A DNA stretch of 64,000 nucleotides from Candidatus Caenarcanales bacterium (GTDB lineage Bacteria > Cyanobacteriota > Vampirovibrionia > LMEP-6097), in the NCBI GenBank assembly GCA_022447685.1, contig JAKVAO010000005.1, positions 1,624-65,623 of the forward strand, read 5' to 3'. Position 1 is the first letter of the stretch, and each line of letters opens with the position of its first letter. A model generated the notes under the pieces. The model ran no database searches, was not told the DNA's origin, and saw nothing but the letters and a program-made list of their open reading frames with translations. This document shows, in pieces, positions 48,147 to 58,038 of the stretch. The position numbers and the translations under genes are program-made.

Positions 48147-49662
48147 TGTTAAAATTACATTTGTGTTAGACTATATTATAAAAAAATCAGCTTTAGAACT
48201 AAAAGAGTCTTTTCTCAGTAATGAATTAACAGCAGAGCAGATCACTCAAGCTTTCTTAGATAGAATTGAGAAGCTTGATAAAGGTCATATTAATTCTTTT
48301 ATTCATGTTTGTGCTGATCTTGCTATCCAAAAAGCCAAGCTCTTAGACCAGAGATTGATTTCTGGTGAGGATAAAGCTAAGTTGGGTAAGCTTGCAGGAA
48401 TTCCACTTGGGATTAAAGACTTGATCAATATGATTGGAGCTGAGACTACTGCTGGCTCTAGTATTCTGAAAGGACATAAATCTGTTTATAACGCGACTGT
48501 GACTTATAACGCTATTGCTGATGGTGCCATCCCCATTGGTAAGCTGAACCTAGATGAATTTGCTATGGGTAGTAGTAATGAAACTAGTGCCTTTGGTCCT
48601 TGCAAGAATCCTTGGGATACATCTAGGGTTCCTGGAGGTAGTTCTGGTGGCTCTGCTGCAGCTGTAGCTGCTAAGCTTTGCCCGCTTGCCTTTGGTACTG
48701 ACACTGGTGGGTCTATTAGACAGCCAGCTGCTTACTGTGGTTTGGTTGGTATGAAGCCTACTTACGGTAAAGTTTCACGTTATGGCATAGTTGCCTTCGC
48801 TAGTAGCTTAGATCAAGCTGGTCCTATGACTAGAACAGTTAAGGATAACGCTTTATTACTAGAGAGTATGTCTGGCTATGACAGTAAAGACAGTACTTCT
48901 ATCAATGTTCCTAGAGAAAATTACTTAGATTATATTAAAGCTAATTTTGAGACTAAAGAAAGCTTAGAAGGTTTGAAGATTGGTATTGCTAAGGACTTTG
49001 TACCTGATAATTTAGACGCTGACACCAAAGAAGCTTTCGATAATGCAGTTAAAGTTTTAACTGGTCTTGGTGCTGAAATTATAGAGGTTTCATTGCCAAG
49101 AATTAACTACAGTCTTGCTTGTTACTATATTATTGCTCCAGCTGAAGCTAGTTCTAATTTATCTAGGTTTGATGGTATTAGATTTGGTAATAGGGCTGAC
49201 ACTCAGGATCTTGATTCTTTATACAAAGAAACTAGACATTCATTTGGTGAAGAGGTTACCAGGAGAATTATGCTTGGAACATATGCATTGAGTTCTGGTT
49301 ACTATGATGCTTATTACAAGAAAGCACAGCAAGCTAGAAGCCTTATCTTTGATGATTTCAAGACTGCATTTGAGACTTGTGACATGATAATTTCTCCAAC
49401 AACTCCAGCTCCAGCATTTAAGTTTGGTGAAAAGTCAGATCCATTAGAGATGTACTTGTCAGACGTACTTACTGTTCCTGTTAACCTTGCTGGTCTTCCA
49501 GCTTTATCGCTGAATGCTGGTTACAGTGCAGATGGAATGCCAATTGGTTTACAGATGATTGGCAAGGCTTTAGATGAGAAGACTTTATATAATGCTGCCT
49601 TTGCATTTGAACAAAAATCAGGGATTGAATCTAGAGAAGCTAGTCTTGAAGCTGTTGCTTAG
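48139..49662 (+). CDS. gatA: Asp/Glu-tRNA amidotransferase subunit A
   Basis: IKDLI, NLDEFAMGSS, PGGSSGGSAAAV, GTDTGGSIRQPAAYCG, RRIMLGTYALSSGYYDAYY. Confidence 0.98.
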   Translation: MTNVKITFVLDYIIKKSALELKESFLSNELTAEQITQAFLDRIEKLDKGHINSFIHVCADLAIQKAKLLDQRLISGEDKAKLGKLAGIPLGIKDLINMIGAETTAGSSILKGHKSVYNATVTYNAIADGAIPIGKLNLDEFAMGSSNETSAFGPCKNPWDTSRVPGGSSGGSAAAVAAKLCPLAFGTDTGGSIRQPAAYCGLVGMKPTYGKVSRYGIVAFASSLDQAGPMTRTVKDNALLLESMSGYDSKDSTSINVPRENYLDYIKANFETKESLEGLKIGIAKDFVPDNLDADTKEAFDNAVKVLTGLGAEIIEVSLPRINYSLACYYIIAPAEASSNLSRFDGIRFGNRADTQDLDSLYKETRHSFGEEVTRRIMLGTYALSSGYYDAYYKKAQQARSLIFDDFKTAFETCDMIISPTTPAPAFKFGEKSDPLEMYLSDVLTVPVNLAGLPALSLNAGYSADGMPIGLQMIGKALDEKTLYNAAFAFEQKSGIESREASLEAVA

Positions 49663-49664
49663 AG

Positions 49665-50495
49665 ATGGGAGTTCTAAGTCTAGATCTAGAAGCAAAGCTT
49701 AGCCAAAATTATCAGATACTTGAGTTTTTCAACTTGGTTTTTAGTAAAGATAAACTCGTGAATGCTTACTTGTTTGTAGGTGAAAACTCTTATCAAGATA
49801 AAATGGATTTGTTTGTATCCATTAATAAGACTTTGAACTGTGTCCATAATCAAGGTCATCTCAGTTCTGAGTTTAAGCAGCCTTGTGGGATCTGTGATTC
49901 TTGTACCTGGATTCAGAATAATGAGCACCCAAAGACTCCTTTAGTTTTAGAAAGAGAAGAAGGCGCTAAAACTGTCAAAGTTTCTCAAGTGCATAAACTT
50001 CAGGAAGAGCTTTCTCAAAGTTCTCCTTATTATCGTTTGATATTGATTCCTGAAGCTGATTTTGAAGTGTTTAGTAAGCATCCAGCAAATGCACTTCTAA
50101 AAAGTATTGAAGAAGCTTACCCTAGAACTATGTTTATACTCTTTGCAAGGGCTAAGGAAACAGTACTTACTACTATCAGAAGTAGAACTCAGGTTTTGTA
50201 TTTCCAAGATGAGCCACAAGTTGATTCAGTAGAAGTTTCAGATAAAATTTTTGAGGTATATGAGAAATATAAGGCTCACAATGATTTTTCTAGCCAAATT
50301 AAAAATAAGCTTTTTGTTGATGAGATATTGAAAATGGATAAAGCTGAGCTTATAAAATTTTTGGATTATTTAGTAGAGCAGATTGAGTTGTCAGCACATA
50401 ATGTGAAGTTTATTGAGTCTTTGGAGCGAGCGAAGCGTTATTTGGAAGCTTATGTAAACCCGCGTGCGGCATTGAGTTCTGTTGCTTTTTATTAA
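49665..50495 (+). CDS. holB: DNA polymerase III delta' subunit
   Basis: Zn motif LNC..PCGICDSC, ANALLKSIEE, TIRSR. Confidence 0.85.
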   Translation: MGVLSLDLEAKLSQNYQILEFFNLVFSKDKLVNAYLFVGENSYQDKMDLFVSINKTLNCVHNQGHLSSEFKQPCGICDSCTWIQNNEHPKTPLVLEREEGAKTVKVSQVHKLQEELSQSSPYYRLILIPEADFEVFSKHPANALLKSIEEAYPRTMFILFARAKETVLTTIRSRTQVLYFQDEPQVDSVEVSDKIFEVYEKYKAHNDFSSQIKNKLFVDEILKMDKAELIKFLDYLVEQIELSAHNVKFIESLERAKRYLEAYVNPRAALSSVAFY

Positions 50496-50516
50496 TAAGG
50501 ACCTCATTCCCTTACC

Positions 50517-52049
50517 TTAATTATTATCAGTGTTAGCTGCTTTTTGTAATCTATCTATAATATCTTTCAATTCTTGAGGGTTATTAAGGTCGATTTGCGG
50601 ACTTTGCTTTTGCTGGAGAACTGTGCCAGCGGCTTGAGCTAAGTGAGGTGATAGTTTATTGGAAGTCTTTGCGAGTCTTTCCAGGCTTTCTGTGATTTTC
50701 GGCATTGAATTTGCCATAACTTTATCAGCTGCTTCAGATTCTCTAAGGTATATTTTTTTATGAGATTCTTCTGCTTCTCTGTAAATTTTTTCTAAGCTAC
50801 CACTGACGTTTTTCACTTCTAGTCCAAAGCTCTGAAGTAATTCCATGATAGTTTTACTATATTCTTCTACTTGTTCTTTACTCATTTTGAGGGTGTCAGT
50901 AAGTAGTGGATCTATTTCCTGTTCTTTCTTTCCTTCATCTGCAACAGCAAGATTCATTGGCATATCCATGAATCTCTCTAGGAAGGTTTTTATAGGCTTC
51001 GTTTTCTCTGAATTGGAGGAGAGTTCTTTCATTATCTGTTCAGGCTTAGACTTTTCTAGTAGATTAATAACATTATTGAATTCTTCTTGAGCTTTAGCGA
51101 TTCTATTGTTTTTCTTATCATTGGTGATTTGAGATTGGAATTTAGCGTTTTGTCCAAGGCTTAATTCAAGTAATTCATTTGGGCTCAGTAAGTATCTCAA
51201 TGCAAATCTTAGGCGTGATTGTTCAGGGGAGGACACTTTGCTTTCGCTTAAAATATTAGATTCCTTGATTAAGGTTTTTAGGTCTAAGCCGTTGAGCGCT
51301 GTTATCTCTTCTTTAGCTGTTTTAGCTAATTGAAGTAGTGAGCCGTCTTTTAGGAAAGAATTAGTGGTATTCCTTTGTAATAATGATAGAGCTTGGCTCT
51401 TTTCAATTGCTGGTGTTTTAGTTCCTGATAATGCAAGGAATGCAAGTGGAGTGGTAGGCATAAAGCCTAGTAGTAAGGATTTGACAAGGACATTGGATTT
51501 CTTTATGCCGTCTAAAGACCAGTCAAGGAAAGGTATTTCAACTTTTTTTTGCTCTTCTCTCAATTTTTGCATTGAGTTAATCATAGATTGAGTACCCGTT
51601 CTTAAAGATCCTTTGCCTGCTCCAAGTTCAATGTTGAAGGTTTCAGGAAGTTGGAGGCGTTTAGAAAAAAATTGCATTTTTGCTGCTTCTTGTCCAGCTT
51701 GAGCTTTTTCTTCTGATTTCAGAGATGCTATTTGACTTGCAGCTAGTGCTTTCTGAGCATCAATGAAGTCATTATTGTTATCTGCGGATGGAGGATTTGT
51801 TGCAGGGTTAAAGTTGGCACCAGTTAAAAGCTTTTGTTCATCTTTGACCGGCTTAGAAATATCGTTAATTTTTTTTTCTTGAAGTTCTGAGTTCGGGCGA
51901 TATTGCTCTGTACTTCTAGTTTCATGATGATTAGGTGAAGCATCTTTTTGCAGGCCTTGTCTTCTGCTGATTTCAGCTTGAAGCTTGTGAATTAAGTCCT
52001 CAACTTGAGGATTTTTTGGACTTTGGTCACTAGGAAAAACGCTATTCAT
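50517..52049 (-). CDS. Hypothetical helical protein with low-complexity N-terminus
   Basis: 510-aa ATG ORF. Confidence 0.75.
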   Translation of the reverse strand: MNSVFPSDQSPKNPQVEDLIHKLQAEISRRQGLQKDASPNHHETRSTEQYRPNSELQEKKINDISKPVKDEQKLLTGANFNPATNPPSADNNNDFIDAQKALAASQIASLKSEEKAQAGQEAAKMQFFSKRLQLPETFNIELGAGKGSLRTGTQSMINSMQKLREEQKKVEIPFLDWSLDGIKKSNVLVKSLLLGFMPTTPLAFLALSGTKTPAIEKSQALSLLQRNTTNSFLKDGSLLQLAKTAKEEITALNGLDLKTLIKESNILSESKVSSPEQSRLRFALRYLLSPNELLELSLGQNAKFQSQITNDKKNNRIAKAQEEFNNVINLLEKSKPEQIMKELSSNSEKTKPIKTFLERFMDMPMNLAVADEGKKEQEIDPLLTDTLKMSKEQVEEYSKTIMELLQSFGLEVKNVSGSLEKIYREAEESHKKIYLRESEAADKVMANSMPKITESLERLAKTSNKLSPHLAQAAGTVLQQKQSPQIDLNNPQELKDIIDRLQKAANTDNN

Positions 52050-52183
52050 CTATCTACTTTTTAATTATACATAAAAGATAAATATTAATGAATATAAAAA
52101 ACAAGAAATGGAAAAGCCCAAATCGACATTGATTTATTTACTTAATATAACAGCAATTTTTCTATATGAATATAAAAAAAATC

Positions 52184-53545
52184 TTAGATTTGCTTATATG
52201 TATTAATTATTTTCAAAGAATCTAAAATTTTTGTACCTTCTTTATCTCTGCCAACCATGAATAGCTTCAAAACCTCTGGACTAAAACGCATAATTAAAGC
52301 TCCAGGCTCATAGCTGACAAAAGAAGTGAAACGAGATTTCTCCAACTTGTCATTTTTCCAAGCAGAGCCTCCATTACCAGCGATTATGTAGATTATTCCT
52401 TCGCCTCTTTCGTACCTAGCGGTATTTGCTTCTGAGACTCTGACATTGAAAGATGAATGAACATCGTCTTTGACCATTGGGTAAGTTCTTTGGTATCTGT
52501 GATAGTGACCGCTAATCATAAGGTCAACTTTGTGCTTGTTGAGTGTTTTGCTGAGTCGTGTGAAGAAAAGATTTTCAACGTGATCATCGAGGTGATTTAA
52601 TTTTTTTGAGTTTTTGAAAAATTTATCTGTGATTGGATGATGTGACATCACTATTTTCCATTTGTGATCTGGAACTTTGGCTAAATCTTGCTCAAGCCAA
52701 TCTAGCATTTCAAGTAAGTGGCATTCAAGTCCAACTGTGTCCAGGACAACAAAGTGAGCTGATCTGAAATCTACAGAGTAGTAGGCTTCGGTATGGCTTG
52801 GGACTCCACCAGCTTCTCCCTTGGTCGGTAAACTGAATAAGTCATAATAGACTCCTTTGGTTTCAGGGCAAGAGATAGAGTATATTTGATGCTTATCATA
52901 GATGCCGAAGTCATGATTACCAAAACTGGTATAGAAAGGAACTTGAGACATGACAAAGCCGTAGACATTAAAGAATGCTCTATCAAATATTTCTTCAGAG
53001 CCGTATGGGTAAACATTGTCCCCGAGTGTAAATACCAAGTCAGGGTTAAATGGATCAAATGTATTTAATGCTTCAAGTACATCTAATTGACTGTGTTTAA
53101 ATTTTTTGTGGAATTTCTTTGCGCCATAAGTTCCTGGATCACCAAGTATCCATGCGGTAAATTCTTTATGGAATGGTCTATGGTCTGGAACTGTGAACTG
53201 TTTATGTGCTTCATGTAAAGGTAGCCAGCCTAGTTTTTCATCGTAGTAATCCAATCTATAGTAATACTCAATACCAGGTTTTAGATGTTGTAGTAGAAGA
53301 TCGTGATCGCTTCTGACCATCAAGTCACTTGCATGCATGCTCAGGCTCTTTAGATGTTGACTATAGTAGACTCTAACTTGACTTGGGTATTTGGTTTTGA
53401 GTAATAAATGTATAGAACCTTTATGTGAATAATTCTGTAGATAAGGTTCTCGAATGATTTTATTTGTAGCGCGCGCCGATATAGGCTGCAAAATACAGCC
53501 AAGGTAAATCAAAACAATTATTGAAAATCTCAAGTAATTGTTCAT
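52184..53545 (-). CDS. Exported purple-acid-phosphatase-like metallophosphoesterase
   Basis: Signal peptide; LGDPG, GDNVY, GNHD, GHYH motifs. Confidence 0.9.
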   Translation of the reverse strand: MNNYLRFSIIVLIYLGCILQPISARATNKIIREPYLQNYSHKGSIHLLLKTKYPSQVRVYYSQHLKSLSMHASDLMVRSDHDLLLQHLKPGIEYYYRLDYYDEKLGWLPLHEAHKQFTVPDHRPFHKEFTAWILGDPGTYGAKKFHKKFKHSQLDVLEALNTFDPFNPDLVFTLGDNVYPYGSEEIFDRAFFNVYGFVMSQVPFYTSFGNHDFGIYDKHQIYSISCPETKGVYYDLFSLPTKGEAGGVPSHTEAYYSVDFRSAHFVVLDTVGLECHLLEMLDWLEQDLAKVPDHKWKIVMSHHPITDKFFKNSKKLNHLDDHVENLFFTRLSKTLNKHKVDLMISGHYHRYQRTYPMVKDDVHSSFNVRVSEANTARYERGEGIIYIIAGNGGSAWKNDKLEKSRFTSFVSYEPGALIMRFSPEVLKLFMVGRDKEGTKILDSLKIINTYKQI

Positions 53546-53607
53546 ATATTTATAATTCCCTTATAATCTTTGGGGAAACTAAGCTTAGCTAGGCTAATAA
53601 TGCTAGT

Positions 53608-54684
53608 TTAAACAACTGATCTCATGCCAGCAATCTCACCCATGACTTTGTAAAACTGGGCTTTGAAAAATACAATGAATCTTTTTTTGAAGCTTAAATG
53701 TGCAAGTATCGAAGAGAAATATACTATTAGTAATTTCACGTGCATATAAAATGGAATACCAGTTACTTTGAAATTGAGTGAGCTTGGCCAAACTCTAAGC
53801 ATGCATGCAGGAATTCCATAGTTTAAAGCATGTTTTAGTGAATTGAAGAATTCGGGTTTGGTTTTGGAGAGAATAGCAAGGCTTTTACCAGATCTGAAAT
53901 ACCAATTGTAAATATAGCTATGTTCTAATCTGTTTTCAAAAATTCTATGTTTTACTGCAAGTGATGGAATGTATTCGAGTGTGATTCCCTCTTTGCTTGC
54001 AAGTCTAAAAAATTCTGTGTCTTCATGTAAAGTTTGACCATAGCTTAATGCACCAATGCCAATATCTTCGTTGAACGAATCTACAGTTTTAAACACTTCT
54101 CTTGAGACTATAAAGCAGGCACCAATTGGGTTCTGTATATTCTTTCTACCATAATGGAATGGATAGTTTTTTTCTAGTGAACCGAAGTTATGGCAAGGTA
54201 AATATGAGGAGCTAAGGCTGATTCTTTTTCCTGGATCTAGCCATACTGGTAGTTGAAAGCTTTCTTCTGTATTGTTGCTGTCTAGAAAAGCTTCGACTTT
54301 GCCACCAATTATGAATTTGGATGAAGTGTTTGAAAGTCTCTTTGAGCATTGAATAACACAGTTTTCTATAAAATTATCTGTAAGTAAAATATCATCATCT
54401 AGGAAGCAAATTAGATCACCTTTGAATTTTTTTATAGCTAAATTTCTTGCTGAAGATAAGCCAGGTTTATTTTCTTTTAGATAAACGAATTTTGTACTTG
54501 TTAGTTTGAAATTTTTTAGGCTTTGAGTTTCATCAGTAGAGTTGTTATCAACAACTATTAATTCAAAATTACAGGAACTATTAAATTCTTTTTGATGAAT
54601 TTCAACCTGGTACTGTAAATCACTGAGCAAGTCCTGTAGAAGATGGAAACGATTATGTGTGCAGATCGCAATGGAAATTTTCAC
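53608..54684 (-). CDS. Family 2 glycosyltransferase
   Basis: ISIAICTHNR, VVDNNSTD, GLSSARN, FLDDD, EDTEF. Confidence 0.93.
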   Translation of the reverse strand: MKISIAICTHNRFHLLQDLLSDLQYQVEIHQKEFNSSCNFELIVVDNNSTDETQSLKNFKLTSTKFVYLKENKPGLSSARNLAIKKFKGDLICFLDDDILLTDNFIENCVIQCSKRLSNTSSKFIIGGKVEAFLDSNNTEESFQLPVWLDPGKRISLSSSYLPCHNFGSLEKNYPFHYGRKNIQNPIGACFIVSREVFKTVDSFNEDIGIGALSYGQTLHEDTEFFRLASKEGITLEYIPSLAVKHRIFENRLEHSYIYNWYFRSGKSLAILSKTKPEFFNSLKHALNYGIPACMLRVWPSSLNFKVTGIPFYMHVKLLIVYFSSILAHLSFKKRFIVFFKAQFYKVMGEIAGMRSVV

Positions 54685-54722
54685 TCAAGCAATCATAGCA
54701 AAGCGCGCTAGAATATGAAAGA

Positions 54723-55742
54723 ATGAAAGTTTTAATTACTGGTTGTGCTGGTTATATTGGAAGCATTACATCTAAGATCTGCCTAGAGAATGGCTATGAA
54801 GTTATCGGCTTAGATTCTCTCTGTACTGGTTTTAAGGAAAATATCAGTCCTGAGATTGATTTTTATCAAGGGGATATCTCTGACTATAAGATACTTAGCA
54901 GAATTGCTGAAGAGCATCCTGACTTGAAGTCAGTGATTCACATGGCGGGTTTTATTGAAGTTGCAGAGTCGGTGAAGGAGCCAGAGAAATATATTGAAAA
55001 CAACTTTGCTAAAGCTAAAGCTATGCTTGATAAGTTGATTGACTTAAAGTTTGAAAATGTTATTTTCTCTAGTACAGCAGCGGTTTACGGCATGCCTGAA
55101 AAACAGGAGGCTATAATGGAAACGGCTGAGCTTAAACCTATTAATCCTTACGGCGAGTCCAAGCTTTTGTTTGAGGAATATTTGCGTGAACAATCTTCAA
55201 AAATCAATCATATAATTTTTAGGTTTTTTAATGTTGCAGGAGCCTATGGGGATTTGGGGGAATGTCATCAGCCTGAAACACATTTGATTCCACTTATCTT
55301 AGATTTTGCTATGCAAAAAAGAGAGAGCTTTGCCTTGTTTGGTAATGATTATCCTAGTCACGACGGTACTGCTGTGCGAGATTATATTCACGTAAGAGAT
55401 TTGGCTGAAGCCCATGTGCTTGGCTTGAAGGCTCTTGAGGCGAGTAGTGCATCTGAGGATAAGAATTTGATTAATCAAGCCTATAATCTTGGCTACGGTA
55501 AAGGTTTCTCTGTGAAGGAGATTGTCGAGAAAGTGCAAGAGCTTTTGGAGATCGAGCTTGACTATGCTATCAAAGATAGACGTCCTGGTGATCCAGCTTT
55601 CTTAGTTGCAGACTCGTCTAAAGCTTTACGGGACTTAGGCTTTCAGCCAAAGTTTAATGAGATAACTAGAATTATTAATGATGCATATCTGCACCGCAAA
55701 CAGCATTGGGAGAGGTTTTCTAGAAGCCCTGTTACTAGTTAA
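54723..55742 (+). CDS. galE: UDP-glucose 4-epimerase
   Basis: TGCAGYIGS, FSSTAAVYG, NPYGESK, RDYIHV, RRPGDPA. Confidence 0.95.
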   Translation: MKVLITGCAGYIGSITSKICLENGYEVIGLDSLCTGFKENISPEIDFYQGDISDYKILSRIAEEHPDLKSVIHMAGFIEVAESVKEPEKYIENNFAKAKAMLDKLIDLKFENVIFSSTAAVYGMPEKQEAIMETAELKPINPYGESKLLFEEYLREQSSKINHIIFRFFNVAGAYGDLGECHQPETHLIPLILDFAMQKRESFALFGNDYPSHDGTAVRDYIHVRDLAEAHVLGLKALEASSASEDKNLINQAYNLGYGKGFSVKEIVEKVQELLEIELDYAIKDRRPGDPAFLVADSSKALRDLGFQPKFNEITRIINDAYLHRKQHWERFSRSPVTS

Positions 55743-55753
55743 ATCTGCCTGAT

Positions 55754-56911
55754 ATGAAAATTGTAAAACCTGTTTTTATTATTGCTTGCCCTCGTAGTGG
55801 TTCTTCATATTTACTCAAAATATTGAGTGAAAGTAAGGAGCTTTGGTCTAGCTATAGAGAGTCACATTATCTCTGGGAGAGTTTTTTAGAAGATCCACGT
55901 GATCCTATTTTCTCTATGGCTTTAGATGTTGGTGACTATGAAGCTGCTGTTAGTGATAACGGTTTTACTCCTGAGATTTTTGAGGCTTTATATCATCTGA
56001 ATACTTTTAACCATGCTTTACTCGGCCAGATCTCACGTGTGGTTAGTTTTCGCGAGAAGGTAAAGCCTTTATTCAATTGGTTTCTAGATTTAAATAAATT
56101 ATGGAAAGAAGAGATTCTAAATCTTGGTGATTATAGAATTGTAGACAAAACTCCTCCGAATGTCTTTAGGGTAGAGTTTCTAGATAAGGTTTTCCCAGAT
56201 GCTCAGTTCCTTTATTTGAAGCGTTCCCCGGAGGGAAATGTTAATTCACTTATGAAAGCTTGGCAGTCTAAGGGAAAGCTTTTTGATTTTAAGTTTAGAG
56301 AATTTTATGAGTACAATTCTAGAATTAATTTTGAAGGCTATGATGGTAAGGTTTGGAAATTTATTAATCCACCTGGTTGGGAGAGGTTTCTTGATGATGG
56401 AGCCTATTCTAATTCAAAAGAGAGTGGCTTAGGACGAACAGATTCAAGGCTTTTGAGTTTGAGTGAGCGCAGCGTAGCAGAGCTACGTGAGCATCAGGAA
56501 AGCTCGAGTAACGTAGGGGATGGAGCCTATTCTAATTCAAAAGAGAGTGGCTTAGGGCGAACAGATTCAAGGCTTTTGAGTTTGAGTGAGCGCAGCGTAG
56601 CAGAGCTACGTGAGCATCAGGAAAGCTCAAGTAACGCAGAAGATGGAGTCATAAGCCACTCTCTAAGAGAGGTTTGTGAGTTTCAGTATGATATGGCAAA
56701 CAAATATGCAAGTGAATCTCTAGCTAAAATCTCATCTAGATTAAGTGAAGCAGCGCGCTCTAAAAAAGTTTTAGAAATTAACTATGAGGATATGATTGAA
56801 GATAAAGCTAAGAGCTTTGCTGAAATCTGTGATTTTTTAGATTTAGATTTTTCAATAGGAATGCAATCTATGATTGCAAAAGATCCTAAGGTTTCCCAAG
56901 TTAAGGATTAG
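55754..56911 (+). CDS. Sulfotransferase-family protein with an internal in-frame repeat insertion
   Basis: FIIACPRSGSSYL, VDKTPPN, KRSPEGNVNSL, YEDMI. Confidence 0.85.
   Translation: MKIVKPVFIIACPRSGSSYLLKILSESKELWSSYRESHYLWESFLEDPRDPIFSMALDVGDYEAAVSDNGFTPEIFEALYHLNTFNHALLGQISRVVSFREKVKPLFNWFLDLNKLWKEEILNLGDYRIVDKTPPNVFRVEFLDKVFPDAQFLYLKRSPEGNVNSLMKAWQSKGKLFDFKFREFYEYNSRINFEGYDGKVWKFINPPGWERFLDDGAYSNSKESGLGRTDSRLLSLSERSVAELREHQESSSNVGDGAYSNSKESGLGRTDSRLLSLSERSVAELREHQESSSNAEDGVISHSLREVCEFQYDMANKYASESLAKISSRLSEAARSKKVLEINYEDMIEDKAKSFAEICDFLDLDFSIGMQSMIAKDPKVSQVKD
56396..56641 (+). repeat. Two tandem 123-bp (41-codon) copies, 5 mismatches
   Basis: Copies at 56396-56518 and 56519-56641, compared base by base. 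Confidence 0.97.
56542..56664. mobile_element. 123-bp palindromic MITE-like element with 17-bp imperfect terminal inverted repeats
   Basis: Left end AGAGAGTGGCTTAGG(A/G)C, right end GTCATAAGCCACTCTCT (56648-56664); central hairpin CGTAGC-aga-GCTACG. Confidence 0.7.
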
Positions 56912-56930
56912 CTGCTTTCTTCTTGATTTC

Positions 56931-57728
56931 TTAGATGTCATTTTCAAAAAAGAAGCCTGGTTCTTTTTCAGGGTTTAATGTGAATTTATTTTGCTCAGGG
57001 GTGTTGTTATTAATTAGAGAATCCTTTATCCCTTCATCATTTAGTCCTGTTGTAATTGTTCCTAGATTTTCATCACCCGTGGTATCTATAATTGTATTAG
57101 GAAATAAGGTTTCGTTGTTACTGTTGACTTGAATTTCAGGTTTGTTTGCAGGAGATACTTTGGAATGTGTTTGCAGAGGATTCTTGATTTCTTGGTTATT
57201 GCTTTGCCCATTAATTTCTTTGTTTAGAGTAGCTTCTACTGCTTTAAGTGTTTTTTCATCTAGTTTCCATTTGTTTCGGATATCTGAAATAATGAGTCTA
57301 ACATAATCATTAAAACCTTCTTGTGTACCTGAAGCTTGAGTTTCCTGAATTTCTCCTGGTAATAATTTCCATGCATTCTCGATATAAGCAGGAACTGTTT
57401 CTGTACCATTCTTAACTAAGTCTTCTGTATCTAGCTTTGCTTGTGTCTTTATATTGCTAAAGCCATTAATGGCTGCTGGAATCAAAGTTGTTATATTCTG
57501 AACTTTGCTTACTTCTTCACTAGGCTCAGAGTTCATGGCTTCATTTACTATCTCTGCTCTTTTTGCTTCTGTCTCTTTTCTTGCTTTAGCAACTTGTTGA
57601 AGTGGAGTTGGAACAATTTTAGAGTTAATAATATTATTTAATAATTCATTTTCTAGCTCTAATGCCTTATCTCTAACATTTGTGATTTTTTTTGAGGCTG
57701 ATGTGATGAAACTTCCTTGTTCTTGCAT
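56931..57728 (-). CDS. Hypothetical protein (possibly the 3' part of a longer interrupted gene)
   Basis: 265-aa ORF; the frame stays open 31 codons upstream to a TGA at 57822-57824 and for 46 more codons beyond it. Confidence 0.65.
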   Translation of the reverse strand: MQEQGSFITSASKKITNVRDKALELENELLNNIINSKIVPTPLQQVAKARKETEAKRAEIVNEAMNSEPSEEVSKVQNITTLIPAAINGFSNIKTQAKLDTEDLVKNGTETVPAYIENAWKLLPGEIQETQASGTQEGFNDYVRLIISDIRNKWKLDEKTLKAVEATLNKEINGQSNNQEIKNPLQTHSKVSPANKPEIQVNSNNETLFPNTIIDTTGDENLGTITTGLNDEGIKDSLINNNTPEQNKFTLNPEKEPGFFFENDI

Positions 57729-58038
57729 ACCAAGAATGTTTTTAGCGAGTTCCCTCGGGATCAGGTTTTGCGTTAACTTAGAATTGAATTTTGTTGTTTG
57801 ATTTAGAAGTTCAGCTTCATCTCAGATGAACCTTTCTGATGTTTTTGCAGCTAAAGCATAAATGTTGTTTGGGCTATTGTTTGATGTTCCTTGAACTGAA
57901 AATATTCTAAATAATACGTGACGGGTCGTACAAAGGTATAATTTTACTTGTTTTGCCTTTTTTCAGTTCTTTATAACCTGGTACTGCAAATCTGGAGATT
58001 ATCTGAAATTGATACGTTTAAAGCTATTAAACTAAAAA

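Noticed and set aside
56396-56664. CRISPR array
   Set aside because: The whole 123-bp unit repeats with no unique spacers, it sits inside an open frame, and no cas gene is present.
57730-58030. c-di-GMP-I riboswitch (GCAAA...GAAA elements on the minus strand)
   Set aside because: The stem pairing and downstream GACGCAAA/CTAA architecture are missing.
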